In this document: piece after piece, positions 9,396 to 19,129 of the stretch
Numbering within the stretch: the first letter of the stretch is position 1
Layout: every line of letters begins with the position of its first letter
NCBI GenBank assembly: GCA_002773985.1
Contig: PEZW01000009.1
Coordinates: 23,546-87,545 of the forward strand
DNA: 64,000 nucleotides
DNA from: Candidatus Berkelbacteria bacterium CG10_big_fil_rev_8_21_14_0_10_43_13
GTDB taxonomy: Bacteria; Patescibacteriota; UBA1384; XYA2-FULL-43-10; 1-14-0-10-43-13
Direction: 5' to 3'
Made by a program: the position numbers and the translations under genes
The notes under the pieces: generated by a model
Databases searched by the model: none
Told to the model about the DNA's origin: nothing
The model's input: the letters and a program-made list of their open reading frames with translations, nothing else

Positions 9396-10676
9396 ATGCA
9401 AACATTCAAACGTGCTTCGAGCCGCTCTTTCGGCTCACGCAGTCAATCCCCTGACCGAGGTTTTGTCAAAAACAGAACACCCAAAACTAGTTTCAACGGT
9501 CGTCGAAAATCGTTCTCGTCAAATCAAAGCGCCGGACGTGGCCCGAAACGCCGCCGAGGCGAAACTATTGATATCGCCCGATTTATCCACAGTTCCTCAC
9601 CGGAAAACCAGCCAAAAACTGACCCCATCGTCAACTCTTTTGACGATTTTAACCTTGCACCCGAGATCAAGTCCAATTTGAAATTCAAGAAATACGTCAC
9701 GCCTACACCGATCCAAGATCAAGCAATCAATCTAATCGTCGAAGGACGCGACCTCATCGGCCTCGCTAGTACCGGCACCGGCAAGACCGGCGCCTTTCTC
9801 TTGCCATTGATTGACAAGGTAGTCAAAGACAGGTCGCAAAGAGTCCTCATCCTCGCTCCGACTCGCGAACTGGCACTCCAGATCGACAACGAATTTCGTC
9901 AGTTTGCTTGGAATATGCAGATTTTCTCTGCTGTCTGTGTCGGCGGAGCTCCCATCCACAAACAAATTCACAATCTGACTCGCAAACCAAATTTTGTCAT
10001 CGGCACTCCCGGTCGTCTCAAGGATTTGTCTGAACGAAAAATCATCGATTTTTCTATTTTCAACAATATCGTCCTCGATGAGGTTGATCGTATGTTGGAT
10101 ATGGGTTTTATCGATGAAATCAAACGCATCATGGCCGTACTGCCGACCGAACGTCAGACACTTTTCTTCTCTGCTACCATGCCGGACAAAATCCGCGATC
10201 TGGTGGCAAAATTTCTAAATAATCCAGTCACCATCAATATAAATTCGGGTACGACTGCAGGAAATGTCGAGCAAGATGTCATCCGTGTCCACGGCGACAA
10301 AACGATTAAATTTAACCAATTATCAGAATTGCTCAAAAAACCGGAAATGAAAAAGGTTCTGCTTTTTTCTGAAACCAAGAGAGACGTCGAGCGACTGACA
10401 TCTGAGCTAAACCGCGAAGGCTTCAAGGCCGAATCAATTCACGGCAACAAGAAACAAAATCAGCGCGTCCGCGCCCTGACCGCCTTCCGCAACAACGAGG
10501 TCACTATTCTCGTTGCCACTGATGTTGCTGCCAGAGGCCTGGATATCAAAGATATAACTCACGTCATCAACTACACTGTCCCCCAGACCTACGACGATTA
10601 TATCCACCGCATCGGCCGCACCGGTCGCGGCGATAAAAAAGGAATTGCCCTGACCTTCGTCGAAGCACGCAACTAA
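9396..10676 (+). CDS. DEAD-box ATP-dependent RNA helicase with an Arg/Ser-rich N-terminal extension
   Basis: Motifs GTGKTGAF (motif I), PTRELA, DEVD, SAT and HRIGRTGR. Confidence 0.9.
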   Translation: MQTFKRASSRSFGSRSQSPDRGFVKNRTPKTSFNGRRKSFSSNQSAGRGPKRRRGETIDIARFIHSSSPENQPKTDPIVNSFDDFNLAPEIKSNLKFKKYVTPTPIQDQAINLIVEGRDLIGLASTGTGKTGAFLLPLIDKVVKDRSQRVLILAPTRELALQIDNEFRQFAWNMQIFSAVCVGGAPIHKQIHNLTRKPNFVIGTPGRLKDLSERKIIDFSIFNNIVLDEVDRMLDMGFIDEIKRIMAVLPTERQTLFFSATMPDKIRDLVAKFLNNPVTININSGTTAGNVEQDVIRVHGDKTIKFNQLSELLKKPEMKKVLLFSETKRDVERLTSELNREGFKAESIHGNKKQNQRVRALTAFRNNEVTILVATDVAARGLDIKDITHVINYTVPQTYDDYIHRIGRTGRGDKKGIALTFVEARN

Positions 10677-10698
10677 TATAGGACTTACAAGACCCATA

Positions 10699-10847
10699 TG
10701 TCATTCCCGCGAAGGCGGGAATCCAGGCAAGGCAAGTAGTACTAAATATAAACATAACTCAACTTACCTGGATCCCCGGGCCATGGCGTTGCTGTTCGAC
10801 TGCCGCTCACAGTCTGAGTGCAATCGAAGACCTGCCCGAGGATGACA
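10699..10847. repeat. MITE-like palindromic element (TGTCATTCC...GGATGACA) between the helicase and typA
   Basis: Terminal inverted repeats. The internal segment ctcacagtctgagtgcaatcgaagac is near-identical to an internal segment of the 19937-20145 copy. Confidence 0.55.
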
Positions 10848-10866
10848 ATAAAAAAGGAATTTTATT

Positions 10867-12741
10867 ATGAATATTCGTAACGTGGCGATAATCGCCCACG
10901 TTGACCACGGTAAAACGACCTTGGTTGATGGATTGCTGAAGCAATCCCAGACTTTTCGGACCAACGAAGCAGCGATGACCCAAGACCTGATCATGGATAG
11001 CAACGATCAGGAACGCGAGCGCGGCATCACTATCCTGGCCAAGAATACGGCGATCAATTACAAGGGCGTCAAGATAAATATTATCGATACGCCCGGTCAC
11101 GCCGATTTTGGTGGTGAGGTCGAACGCACGCTATCGATGGCCGACGGCGCTATTTTGCTGATCGACGCGCAGGAAGGCCCGATGCCTCAGACAAAATTTG
11201 TGCTCAAAAAGGCTTTTGGCCTCGGTTTGAAAATCATGGTCGTCATCAACAAAATTGACAAGATAAACGCCGACATTCCCAAAACGATCGACAAAACTTA
11301 CGATCTTTTCCTCGAACTGGCTACCGACGACGCTCAGCTCGATTTTCCGGTATACTACGCTATCGGTCGGAGCGGTAAAGCTTGGGATGAGCTGCCCCCA
11401 AAGGGGGCCCCTTCGGGGCCTGAGGATGAAAATCTTGAGGCAAATTTGACACCAATTTTAGACGGAATTATCACTCATATTCCTGAACCAGTGAAGAATG
11501 ATGAAGCACCGCTCCAGATGCTTGTTTCGGCTCTTGAATACGACACCTTTATCGGCAAACACGCTATCGGCAAGATCAAAGGCGGTATCGCCAAAGCCGG
11601 TATGCCGGCTGTACTGGTAAACGAGTCCGGCGTAGCCGAATCAGGTCGTATCGAAAAAATATTTGTAAATCTTGGTCTGAAAAAAGTCGAAGTCAGCGAG
11701 GCGGCTTCCGGTGACATCGTTTCGATTGCCGGTTTGAAAAAAGTTTCCATCGGCGACACTATCGCCGATCCGAGCAATCCAGCCGCACTCCCAGCGATAG
11801 CCATCGAGGAACCGACTCTGAATATTTCGATTTATGCCAACACTTCTCCATTTGCCGGACGCGAAGGAAAATACGTCACTGCTCGCCATCTCCATGATCG
11901 AATCGTCAAAGAGCTTGAAACCAATGTTTCGATGAGACTGGCGACCGATGAAAATGGCCCCAAAGGGGCCCCCGTTGGGGGTGAGTTTATTCTTTCTGGT
12001 CGAGGCGAACTTCACCTGTCTGTTTTTATTGAAACCCTCCGCCGTGAAGGTTATGAACTCCAAGCCGGCAAACCAAAAATTATCACCAAGGAAATTGATG
12101 GTGTCGTTTCCGAACCGGTCGAAGAATTAACAGTTGATGTCGCCACTGATTCCGCTAGCGCGGTAATCGGCGAGATCAATAAACGACGCGGCATCTTGAT
12201 GCACCAAGAAGAAAATTCTGACGGCTCGACTCGCCTAGTTTTCGAGATCACCACCCGCGGTATGCTCGGTCTACGAAATATTTTGCTGACGATCTCGAAG
12301 GGTACAGCCGTGATGAATTCGATATTTCTACGCTGGGACAAGATCGGCGGAGCCATTCCCAAACTGCGCAACGGCGTTCTGATCGCTTTCTTGGCCGGCA
12401 AGGCCGTCTCCTACGGGCTAAATATCGCCCAGCTTCGTGGTACGACTTTCATCCCACCAAACACTGACGTTTACGCCGGTATGATTGTCGGGCTCAATCA
12501 ACGCGAGGATGATCTCGAGATCAATATCTGCAAAGAAAAACAACTGACCAATATGCGCGCCTCAAGTGCCGACCAGATTACAGTTCTGACTCCCCCAACA
12601 ATTCTCTCACTTGAACAGTGCATCGATTTTCTAGAAGATGACGAACTACTCGAAGTCACTCCTAGTAATTTGCGTTTGCGCAAAAAGATTCTTGACTCCA
12701 ATCTCCGAATCAAAGCCCGAAAACCAAAAGCAACCGCTTAA
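10867..12741 (+). CDS. typA: Translational GTPase TypA/BipA
   Basis: [10 protein letters not shown]1 motif, DTPGH, NKID. Length 624 aa, including two short GC-rich in-frame inserts. Confidence 0.9.
   Translation: MNIRNVAIIAHVDHGKTTLVDGLLKQSQTFRTNEAAMTQDLIMDSNDQERERGITILAKNTAINYKGVKINIIDTPGHADFGGEVERTLSMADGAILLIDAQEGPMPQTKFVLKKAFGLGLKIMVVINKIDKINADIPKTIDKTYDLFLELATDDAQLDFPVYYAIGRSGKAWDELPPKGAPSGPEDENLEANLTPILDGIITHIPEPVKNDEAPLQMLVSALEYDTFIGKHAIGKIKGGIAKAGMPAVLVNESGVAESGRIEKIFVNLGLKKVEVSEAASGDIVSIAGLKKVSIGDTIADPSNPAALPAIAIEEPTLNISIYANTSPFAGREGKYVTARHLHDRIVKELETNVSMRLATDENGPKGAPVGGEFILSGRGELHLSVFIETLRREGYELQAGKPKIITKEIDGVVSEPVEELTVDVATDSASAVIGEINKRRGILMHQEENSDGSTRLVFEITTRGMLGLRNILLTISKGTAVMNSIFLRWDKIGGAIPKLRNGVLIAFLAGKAVSYGLNIAQLRGTTFIPPNTDVYAGMIVGLNQREDDLEINICKEKQLTNMRASSADQITVLTPPTILSLEQCIDFLEDDELLEVTPSNLRLRKKILDSNLRIKARKPKATA
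11396..11421 (+). repeat. GC-rich double hairpin (cccccaaaggggg + ggccccttcggggcc) inserted in-frame in typA
   Basis: Encodes [12 protein letters not shown]-type and AAA loops. GC content is far above the surrounding sequence. Confidence 0.5.
11956..11981 (+). repeat. Second GC-rich hairpin (ggccccaaaggggcc) in-frame in typA
   Basis: Encodes PKGAPVGG. Same motif as 11396-11421. Confidence 0.5.
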
Positions 12742-12967
12742 TTACTGACTCTCAATATAGTTAAATTTAAAACATCGTAGATTGGACACTATCCTCCTTC
12801 GCCAAAGCTTCCCACTTCGTCAAGACTATGCATGACAAGACGGGAGGACACAGTCGCGCGCAATCTACATAATTACTCACTCACCCTTAGAGTGTCATCT
12901 CGACCGAACACACCAAGATATTTCAAACACTAAAAGGATTTTTTCTGCTGTATTAAACGTTTTTCTG

Positions 12968-14155
12968 TTATTGGCAAAACGATTCGCCATCTAGAGTACT
13001 ATCACCTAAGACAGTGTTGTATTTTGAGGTGTACGAAGATTTTAGGCTGGATGAGAAATAATTATAAGGACAAACTGCAGTTGTGTTAACCCAACTAGAA
13101 TTTAAAGCTGGATCAGAAGCATAGCGGTTTGGCGTGCTGGAATTGTAAACTCCAAAATCCCAGTTTCCAGCCAGAGCAGTCCCAGTTGTATATCCGATTA
13201 ATTCACCTGCACTAAAACTAATCTGAGAAATATTGTAGTTTGTTACGGAGCTTGCCGAAGGCGTCGGCCCAAAAGTGTCTTTGATCGATTGAACAGGATC
13301 CGTAATATGCCCCAATCTAAGAGTTACCTCACAGCTAACCTTGAAATCCATGCCATAATCAGACGGATCGCTTCCATGGGATAAGAATACTCCACCGTAA
13401 AGTTTCATCGCAACAGGGGCATAGATTGGAACATTTTGATGTTGCGTATCCACATAGCTGTGAGGCTTAAATTGCCCAGAAACATATCGAGGAGGAATTA
13501 TCACCTCATTGATCTTGCTTATATCCGTAAGATGACTAGTAAAGACTGGGCTTGTGTTGCTTTGACAATCGCTGCTGCTTGAGCTTGCGGAAGAAATGGT
13601 ATCAGTTGAGGCAGTTGAGGCTTGAGTAGAACTCTGACTAGAAGAAGATGTGGTTTTTTTGCTCTTGCTTGAAGCAGCCTGAGCAGCTGCTATTTTTTCC
13701 TCCTCGGCCTTTGCTGCGGCAGCAGCAGCAGCAGCTTCGGCTTCTTTTTGCTCATCAATCTTTTTCTGACAATCAGAATAGCGGTTTTGGGCCTGACTGT
13801 ATCTTGGAAAGTTCTTTTCTATTTTACCTAGAGAATCCAAGCATCCTTGCCAATCGCCCGCCCCGAAACTAGCTTCCCCTTCTACAATTATCTTGGCTTG
13901 ATCTTCAAATTTCAGAGCTATTTTCTTTTTTGGAATAATCTTTTTGTCATTCCATTTCCATTTCTTTAGAGCTTGATCATACCTGATGACGGCAGCACTA
14001 TAATCTCCACCCTTTACTAGCGACTCTGCTTCTTTGATCAGACTATTTGATTGATGATATGACGCGCCGACAAACGAGCAAGAAATAACGACCAAAATCG
14101 CAATTACAATTATTATTAGCACTTTTTTGAATTTGAAAAACGTAAATGACATCAA
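12968..14155 (-). CDS. Membrane-anchored protein with a TPR-like N-region, a poly-Ala/Ser linker and a C-terminal domain of unknown function
   Basis: 395-aa ORF with an N-terminal TM and low-complexity AAAAAAAA and SSSS tracts. Confidence 0.5.
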   Translation of the reverse strand: MMSFTFFKFKKVLIIIVIAILVVISCSFVGASYHQSNSLIKEAESLVKGGDYSAAVIRYDQALKKWKWNDKKIIPKKKIALKFEDQAKIIVEGEASFGAGDWQGCLDSLGKIEKNFPRYSQAQNRYSDCQKKIDEQKEAEAAAAAAAAKAEEEKIAAAQAASSKSKKTTSSSSQSSTQASTASTDTISSASSSSSDCQSNTSPVFTSHLTDISKINEVIIPPRYVSGQFKPHSYVDTQHQNVPIYAPVAMKLYGGVFLSHGSDPSDYGMDFKVSCEVTLRLGHITDPVQSIKDTFGPTPSASSVTNYNISQISFSAGELIGYTTGTALAGNWDFGVYNSSTPNRYASDPALNSSWVNTTAVCPYNYFSSSLKSSYTSKYNTVLGDSTLDGESFCQ

Positions 14156-14282
14156 ACCTTTTATTTTACCAGCTAATCACTAGCTTATATTTTACATTTA
14201 CAGACGAACATAATCAACCATAATATTCTAAAAATTAAGCAACACAAACACAAAATATCCATCTCTGAGATGAATATTTTAT

Positions 14283-14330
14283 GGCAGGGGCTAGAGGAGT
14301 CGGTTACGGTCAAAAATCTGTTGATTTTTG
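14283..14330 (-). pseudogene. Degenerate copy of the tRNA-Trp 3' end
   Basis: Minus-strand 3' end CGACTCCTCTAGCCCCTGCCA matches the tRNA-Trp 3' end. No complete cloverleaf could be built. Confidence 0.35.
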
Positions 14331-14426
14331 CCTCGACCCCGTCTCGACGCCAGTCGCGCCTCCGACTTTCGACTCCTTTTACTGTCACATATCAAAATTA
14401 TCTCAACCAATTTGGTTGAGATAATT

Positions 14427-14470
14427 TTGGCAGGGACTAGAGAAGTCGAACCTCTGGCTAGGGTTTTGCC
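14427..14470 (-). pseudogene. tRNA 3' fragment (intact T-arm AGAGG-TTCGACT-TCTCT plus acceptor 3' strand and CCA, no 5' half)
   Basis: Minus strand reads ...AGAGGTTCGACTTCTCTAGTCCCTGCCA. No complementary acceptor 5' strand upstream. Confidence 0.4.
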
Positions 14471-14492
14471 TGCCGGCCGAAGTAACTGTTTT

Positions 14493-14566
14493 TGGCAGGG
14501 GTACGAGGAGTCGGACCCCGGCTTGCGGTTTTGGAGACCGCCGTTCTACCGCTAAACTATACCCCT
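14493..14566 (-). tRNA. tRNA-Trp (anticodon CCA)
   Basis: Manual fold: acceptor AGGGGTA/TACCCCT, D-stem GTTT/GAAC, anticodon stem GCGGT/ACCGC with loop CTCCAAA, T-stem CGGGG/CCTCG, CCA encoded. Confidence 0.7.
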
Positions 14567-14756
14567 ATCAAAAACAGTTTTCTCGCGCAGGCGGGGAGAC
14601 CTCCGTTATACCGTTTTCCGCCAAAGGCGGATCAGTCTCAGACTAAAACTAAGCCCCTAAATTAGTTCATAAAGTTTATCAAGTGGAAAAGTTTTTAAAG
14701 TAATAATGAAATGATCTTTACAAACTTTATGAACTTTTTGCTTTACAAACTTATAA

Positions 14757-14924
14757 CTATTTAGTTTCCTTGTGCAAGGTGCGTGCTTTGCAGACGTTGC
14801 AATACTTCAAAAGCTCAATCCGCTTGATAACGTCTTGACCTTTCAATCTCTTGTCGGTGTGATAACCTCTGGTTTTGCATTTTTCACATTCCAGAGTAAC
14901 AAGTTTCCGTGCATCTTTGGCCAT
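14757..14924 (-). CDS. rpmG: 50S ribosomal protein L33
   Basis: 55-aa ORF MAKDARKLVTLECEKCKTRGYHTDKRLKGQDVIKRIELLKYCNVCKARTLHKETK with the L33 Cys4 zinc ribbon. Not in the supplied ORF track (<60 aa). Confidence 0.8.
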   Translation of the reverse strand: MAKDARKLVTLECEKCKTRGYHTDKRLKGQDVIKRIELLKYCNVCKARTLHKETK

Positions 14925-14948
14925 GATATTCCTTAAATTACAATTTTA

Positions 14949-15023
14949 TTAAATCTAAGTGGAGCCGATAGTCGGATTTGGACCGACGACCTTCGCTTTA
15001 CAAAAGCGCTGCTCTACCACTGA
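14949..15023 (-). tRNA. tRNA-Thr (anticodon UGU)
   Basis: Manual fold: acceptor GCCGATA/TATCGGC, D-arm GCTCAGTGGTAGAGC, anticodon loop TTTGTAA, T-arm GTCGG-TCCAAAT-CCGAC, CCA encoded. Confidence 0.65.
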
Positions 15024-15024
15024 G

Positions 15025-15615
15025 CTATATCGGCATTTTGTGCTGATTTATCCATTTATTAATAATTCTCAGTAACTCAGTGTCAGAATATCTTAATGAG
15101 ACAGTTCCGAACTCAGATCTTTTTGTGTACGACCCAGCTTTTCCAGTATGGTAAAAAGTTTTGCTGAATCGAGACAGTGGAATTTTGGTTGTTTCTGACC
15201 AGAATAATTTTAATTTATCTTCGTCTTGGTCTGGGTACATGTGGAGTAGTAATCGCAAACGATCTTCTTGTGCTCCGCAAATCTGTCGAAGAAAATGCAG
15301 AAAAAGTTTGATCATGCTAGGATCACTATTACTAAACACAACACTGTTTCCGGCTTTTGTCCCTTCACCCCAATAAAGCATAATCCCTGCAATTTTCAGA
15401 TCGTTCTCTTTTGCAGAAAGTTTCTTTTTAATTGAAAAAGTTGCTTTGCCGAATTTTGTAAGATGCAACATTCTACTTGCTGAACTGTGATTCCGAAATT
15501 GAATCCTTTGTTTCTGAAGAGAATAACGAATCTTTGAAGGACTGATCTTCTGCTGTTCGGCAATCTGTGTCACAGACAGTCCAGATTCATAAAGATCTGC
15601 AATTATATTTTCCAT
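15025..15615 (-). CDS. HTH-domain protein of unknown function inserted in the tRNA cluster
   Basis: N-terminal HTH (LYESGLSVTQIAEQQKISPSKIRYSL), then a domain with GIMLYWGEGTK. A tRNA 5' fragment lies immediately upstream and the stop abuts tRNA-Thr. Confidence 0.55.
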   Translation of the reverse strand: MENIIADLYESGLSVTQIAEQQKISPSKIRYSLQKQRIQFRNHSSASRMLHLTKFGKATFSIKKKLSAKENDLKIAGIMLYWGEGTKAGNSVVFSNSDPSMIKLFLHFLRQICGAQEDRLRLLLHMYPDQDEDKLKLFWSETTKIPLSRFSKTFYHTGKAGSYTKRSEFGTVSLRYSDTELLRIINKWINQHKMPI

Positions 15616-15659
15616 ACCTGTACTATAACAGAGCTAGTGTTTAGTAACAACAGTTGCTC

Positions 15660-15691
15660 TACCACTGAGTTAAAGTGGACAATTTGTGACT
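15660..15691 (-). pseudogene. tRNA 5' fragment (acceptor 5' strand + D-arm CTCAGTGGTAGAGCAACT, tRNA-Thr(GGU)-like) without a 3' half
   Basis: Minus strand reads GTCCACTTTAACTCAGTGGTAGAGCAACTG. No matching acceptor 3' strand downstream. Confidence 0.4.
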
Positions 15692-15696
15692 GTGCC

Positions 15697-15735
15697 AGCC
15701 GTAGCCTCCGCAAACTTGCGGAGCGAAGGCTGGTG
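15697..15735. repeat. Hairpin CCAGCCGTAGC..ctccgcaaacttgcggag..GCGAAGGCTGG abutting the tRNA-Tyr 3' end
   Basis: Shares the CGTAGC...GCGAAGG core with hairpins at 26292-26315, 27248-27271 and 20090-20140. Confidence 0.45.
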
Positions 15736-15816
15736 CCGGGTGAGAGATTTGCACTCCCGAAACCCGAAGGTGCGTGATTTACAGTCACGAGCGATTGACT
15801 ACTCCGCCAACCCGGC
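15731..15816 (-). tRNA. tRNA-Tyr (anticodon GUA) with a long variable arm
   Basis: Acceptor GCCGGGT/ACCCGGC, anticodon stem CGTGA/TCACG with loop CTGTAAA, long variable arm, atypical T-loop TGCAAAT, CCA encoded. Confidence 0.7.
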
Positions 15817-15940
15817 AAATTGTTAATTATGGATGTGCCACGTGAATCGAACGATTGATTTGTTGTCTTTGTCCGTCCCGTAAAACTCACTTCGTTCGCC
15901 ACGGGACACTCCAAAATCTCACTTTCGTTCGATTTTTACG

Positions 15941-16016
15941 TGGAGCCGTTGACCGGAGTTGAACCGGTGACCTACTCCTTACCATGGAGTTGCTCTACCA
16001 ACTGAGCTACAACGGC
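15941..16016 (-). tRNA. tRNA-Thr (anticodon GGU)
   Basis: Acceptor GCCGTTG/CAACGGC, D-arm GCTCAGTTGGTAGAGC, anticodon stem ACTCC/GGAGT with loop ATGGTAA, T-arm CCGGTTCAACTCCGG, CCA encoded. Confidence 0.8.
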
Positions 16017-16066
16017 AAAAACAACAATAGAACTATACCAGAAGTCAGCTCTCTTTTCAATTCTAA

Positions 16067-16609
16067 TTATTTTATTAAATTTTTCAAATCTTCTATTTTC
16101 TGAGATGAGTTATCAAAAATTTCAATGTTTAATTTACGAACTTCATCAATCAAAAACTCATCAATGTATCTCGCAGCAACAAATTGTTTTTCTACTGCGT
16201 CACTTCTTTTTCTGTGAACAAAGAAGCAATCGTGATGCACAAGTTCATCTTTGCAGACGACAAGGAAGCAATTTCCCAGCAAACTAAACTTAGCCGGATC
16301 CAAAAAAGCAGACTCGGCTATAAGTGACATGTTTTTGTTCTTGATAAATTTCAAGGCACGGTCAGACATTTCTTTTCTAACGGCGAGAAAGCCCTTTATC
16401 GCTGTTTCTCTGTTTAATTCTCCAAACTTTTGCCACGCCATAGTTGTGTAATAAAAAAGAAAAGGGCTGTCTTCAGCATTCTTCCCTTTTTGAGCAAGGG
16501 TTCTAATGTCGTCTAGTTCAAAAAAATCAAGATCCAAATCATCAGCAATTTTTTGGCCAATAGTAGTCTTCCCTGAACCAGGGGTGCCGTATAAAAATAT
16601 CTTTTTCAT
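16067..16609 (-). CDS. P-loop NTPase/kinase-family protein
   Basis: Walker A GTPGSGKTT at the N-terminus. About 180 aa. Confidence 0.55.
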   Translation of the reverse strand: MKKIFLYGTPGSGKTTIGQKIADDLDLDFFELDDIRTLAQKGKNAEDSPFLFYYTTMAWQKFGELNRETAIKGFLAVRKEMSDRALKFIKNKNMSLIAESAFLDPAKFSLLGNCFLVVCKDELVHHDCFFVHRKRSDAVEKQFVAARYIDEFLIDEVRKLNIEIFDNSSQKIEDLKNLIK

Positions 16610-16649
16610 AATAATTAATTTGACTTTGGTCGGGAAAAGCTAAATATCA

Positions 16650-17567
16650 TTACTCACTTTCAGTATCGCTCTTTTTACCAAGCGCTTCTCCTAGTTTTTC
16701 GATCGCCCACTCATCATAATGATCGATCATTATCTGACTTTCTTGGTACCACTCTACTTTAACTTTTTGATATTCTGCCCTAAAACGCTCAGTCTCCTCT
16801 TCGGTCCAGTCATCACCAAAAATTCTCTTCTCACCATTTTTTACTAAGCCGATTCGCGACGCCGCGATATATTTGAGCGTTCTAGGTAGTTCGGCACCAA
16901 CATCATACTGCTCGTCTGCCTGATAATCCAAAACACCGTTTACATCATCGCCTTCATATATTCCGTTTTTTTGAAGAAGTCGCATTACCGAATAATAATT
17001 AACTAACTGACAAAATTCGGTAATTTTAGTCCCCCGCTCTGAAGAAATCCCTTCTTCTAAGATATGTCCATCCTTAATAAAAGAATATGCATTTCTGGCC
17101 AGTCTCCCGTTCCCATCTGGAAACATGTGAGCAAAGACTAAAGCGACATAGAGCTTCACAGCCCAGATTTCTGTGGTTTCGGCAGAAATTTTTTGCTGCA
17201 GCTCTTTGAAAAAATGCTCGAATAGAATCTCAGCATTTTCTGGTGGTTCAAGCTCTTTCATCGACCCACCTCCAAATGCAACGGTAGTATCGGCAGCCTC
17301 ACCGCTCCACCTCGTAAAACCGGCACCACGCAAAAGCCCATTCGAGACACTCAAAATATCTAGAAATTTACCAGCTTCCATGTCTTTTAGTATTTTCAAG
17401 CGAGTTTCGCTGCCCTCAGGTATTTCTCTTGGTTTTTCATCGTCGCTATCAGCCACAACACTATCTTTATCTGCCACAACGCCATAAAGATGAGCAAAAC
17501 GATCGAATTTATTATGACCTTCTTGCCTACTTTCTGGCGAATCAGATTCAAATCTCGGCTCTCTCAT
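16650..17567 (-). CDS. Fic/Doc family protein (AMPylation-type)
   Basis: Fic motif HMFPDGNGRLAR (HxFxDGNGR). Confidence 0.85.
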   Translation of the reverse strand: MREPRFESDSPESRQEGHNKFDRFAHLYGVVADKDSVVADSDDEKPREIPEGSETRLKILKDMEAGKFLDILSVSNGLLRGAGFTRWSGEAADTTVAFGGGSMKELEPPENAEILFEHFFKELQQKISAETTEIWAVKLYVALVFAHMFPDGNGRLARNAYSFIKDGHILEEGISSERGTKITEFCQLVNYYSVMRLLQKNGIYEGDDVNGVLDYQADEQYDVGAELPRTLKYIAASRIGLVKNGEKRIFGDDWTEEETERFRAEYQKVKVEWYQESQIMIDHYDEWAIEKLGEALGKKSDTESE

Positions 17568-17588
17568 TTTTACTACAAAAAATAGTTA

Positions 17589-18323
17589 TTATTTTGATCG
17601 CGTGAAAACTGTATGTGATTTTTGCTTCTCTTCAGCCTCAGTGGATAGATCGCGATATTCTTTGTTGTTCATATCCAAACTCGTCGCCCGCTTCAAGGCC
17701 TTTGCCGCTTTGGCAAATTGGCGAATCTCCATATAGGCCTTGCCAAGTTCGGCGTACCATTCAGCGTGATTTTTTTCCAAAGCAACACTCTTGGCCAAAA
17801 GTTCCGTTGCTTCAGTGTAATTTTCTTCTCTTAGCTCCATGCGACCCAGACCAAAATATGCTTCCGCGAAGTCTGTGTTGCATTTCAGCGCTGCCTTATA
17901 TGATTCCTCAGCTTCAGTAAACTGACCACGACTCGAGGCAATATTGCCAATCAGCGAATAGGCCTTGGCACATTTTTTGTTCTTACTAATAGCTTCGATC
18001 GCTTTATCCTCTGCACCGCGCAAATCACCCTCAGCGCAAAGTTTATCCGCTTGGACCAAAAGCCGTGCCAGTTCTGGATCCTCGTCAAAACCGACCGCCG
18101 CATCTTCAAGCTCTTTTGGCGAAATGATATCTTCCTGACCACGAGCAATTTCCTCAGCAATTTCCTTGTGAATGTTTTTGCCCTTAAATTTGAAACGGCC
18201 GATGAATTGCGAAAGCGCTTCCCTACTGACAGGAAATTTTAGCGACTTGGCATCAGGATAGTGACGTAGCAGTAAATACAGCGCTCCAGCCACACACAAA
18301 ATTATAAAAACTTCTATTAACAA
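17589..18323 (-). CDS. TPR-repeat protein with an N-terminal membrane anchor
   Basis: Several TPR-like repeats (AEAYFGLGRMELREENYTEATELLAKSVAL...). N-terminal TM. Confidence 0.7.
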   Translation of the reverse strand: MLIEVFIILCVAGALYLLLRHYPDAKSLKFPVSREALSQFIGRFKFKGKNIHKEIAEEIARGQEDIISPKELEDAAVGFDEDPELARLLVQADKLCAEGDLRGAEDKAIEAISKNKKCAKAYSLIGNIASSRGQFTEAEESYKAALKCNTDFAEAYFGLGRMELREENYTEATELLAKSVALEKNHAEWYAELGKAYMEIRQFAKAAKALKRATSLDMNNKEYRDLSTEAEEKQKSHTVFTRSK

Positions 18324-19120
18324 TCTACCTCCAGATAAGTCCTGTCTTCTAACTGCACCGTAATCTTATTTTCTATGATATTTTGATTCTTGACAATCCC
18401 CTTGCCCCTCGGGGTCTGAAATATACTGCCAATTACCGGCATCTTTTTCTTGCGTTCTCGATAGAAATCAAGCTCATAACGCAAGCAGCACATCAATTTT
18501 CCACAACAACCAGTCACTCGATTCCCACCCATCTGAGACAGATTTTGATCAGCCGCCATCTCCGTCGTGACACATTCGAGATCACCTTTGAGAAATCGCT
18601 TGCAACAAAGTTCCTCACCACACCGGCCAACACCGCCAGCACAACGAGCTCGGTCTCTGGCACCAACTTGCTGAAGTCGGATTAATTTTTGAAATTTTGC
18701 TGCTAACTCTGAAACCATCAAGCGAAAATCAACCCGACCGGGTGCTGAAAAGTAAAAAGTTAATTTTTTGCCGTCGAACGAGATGTCGGCATCGAGCAGT
18801 TCCATCGGCAAGTCATGCTTCTCGATAATTTCCCGGCATTTCGGTAAATCACTAGCTGCTTCGACTTTTCTCTCTAAATCAACTGTCGTATCACGCTCAG
18901 ACAGACGCCGAATTATTTCAGCTTTGTCTAATCCCTTATCACTCACTTTGGCCTCTTTCAGAACAGCGCTAGAAATTACCGTTCCGATCTCCTGACAAAT
19001 CTCATTTTCAAATATGACCTGGTCACCAGTCTCCAGATCAAAGTTGACACTTTCAAAATCGTATATTTTGCTATCGCTGCGCGCTTTCAAATAATATTTT
19101 TCTGCTTTTTTTTCCATCAT
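18317..19120 (-). CDS. ricT: PSP1-domain protein RicT/YaaT
   Basis: PSP1 C-terminal domain with a Cys cluster (CAGGVGRCGEELCC...CCGKLMCC). Lies immediately downstream of holB, as in Firmicutes. Confidence 0.75.
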   Translation of the reverse strand: MMEKKAEKYYLKARSDSKIYDFESVNFDLETGDQVIFENEICQEIGTVISSAVLKEAKVSDKGLDKAEIIRRLSERDTTVDLERKVEAASDLPKCREIIEKHDLPMELLDADISFDGKKLTFYFSAPGRVDFRLMVSELAAKFQKLIRLQQVGARDRARCAGGVGRCGEELCCKRFLKGDLECVTTEMAADQNLSQMGGNRVTGCCGKLMCCLRYELDFYRERKKKMPVIGSIFQTPRGKGIVKNQNIIENKITVQLEDRTYLEVDC

Positions 19121-19129
19121 TTCCTAACA

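Noticed and set aside
14283-14375. Region (a) read as a complete long-arm tRNA
   Set aside because: Only the 3' end matches a tRNA (the tRNA-Trp 3' end). No 7-bp acceptor pairing or anticodon arm could be built, so it is treated as a fragment.
15603-15914. 103-aa minus-strand ORF spanning tRNA-Tyr and flanking hairpins
   Set aside because: It overlaps a well-folded tRNA gene and hairpin repeats. No coding features.
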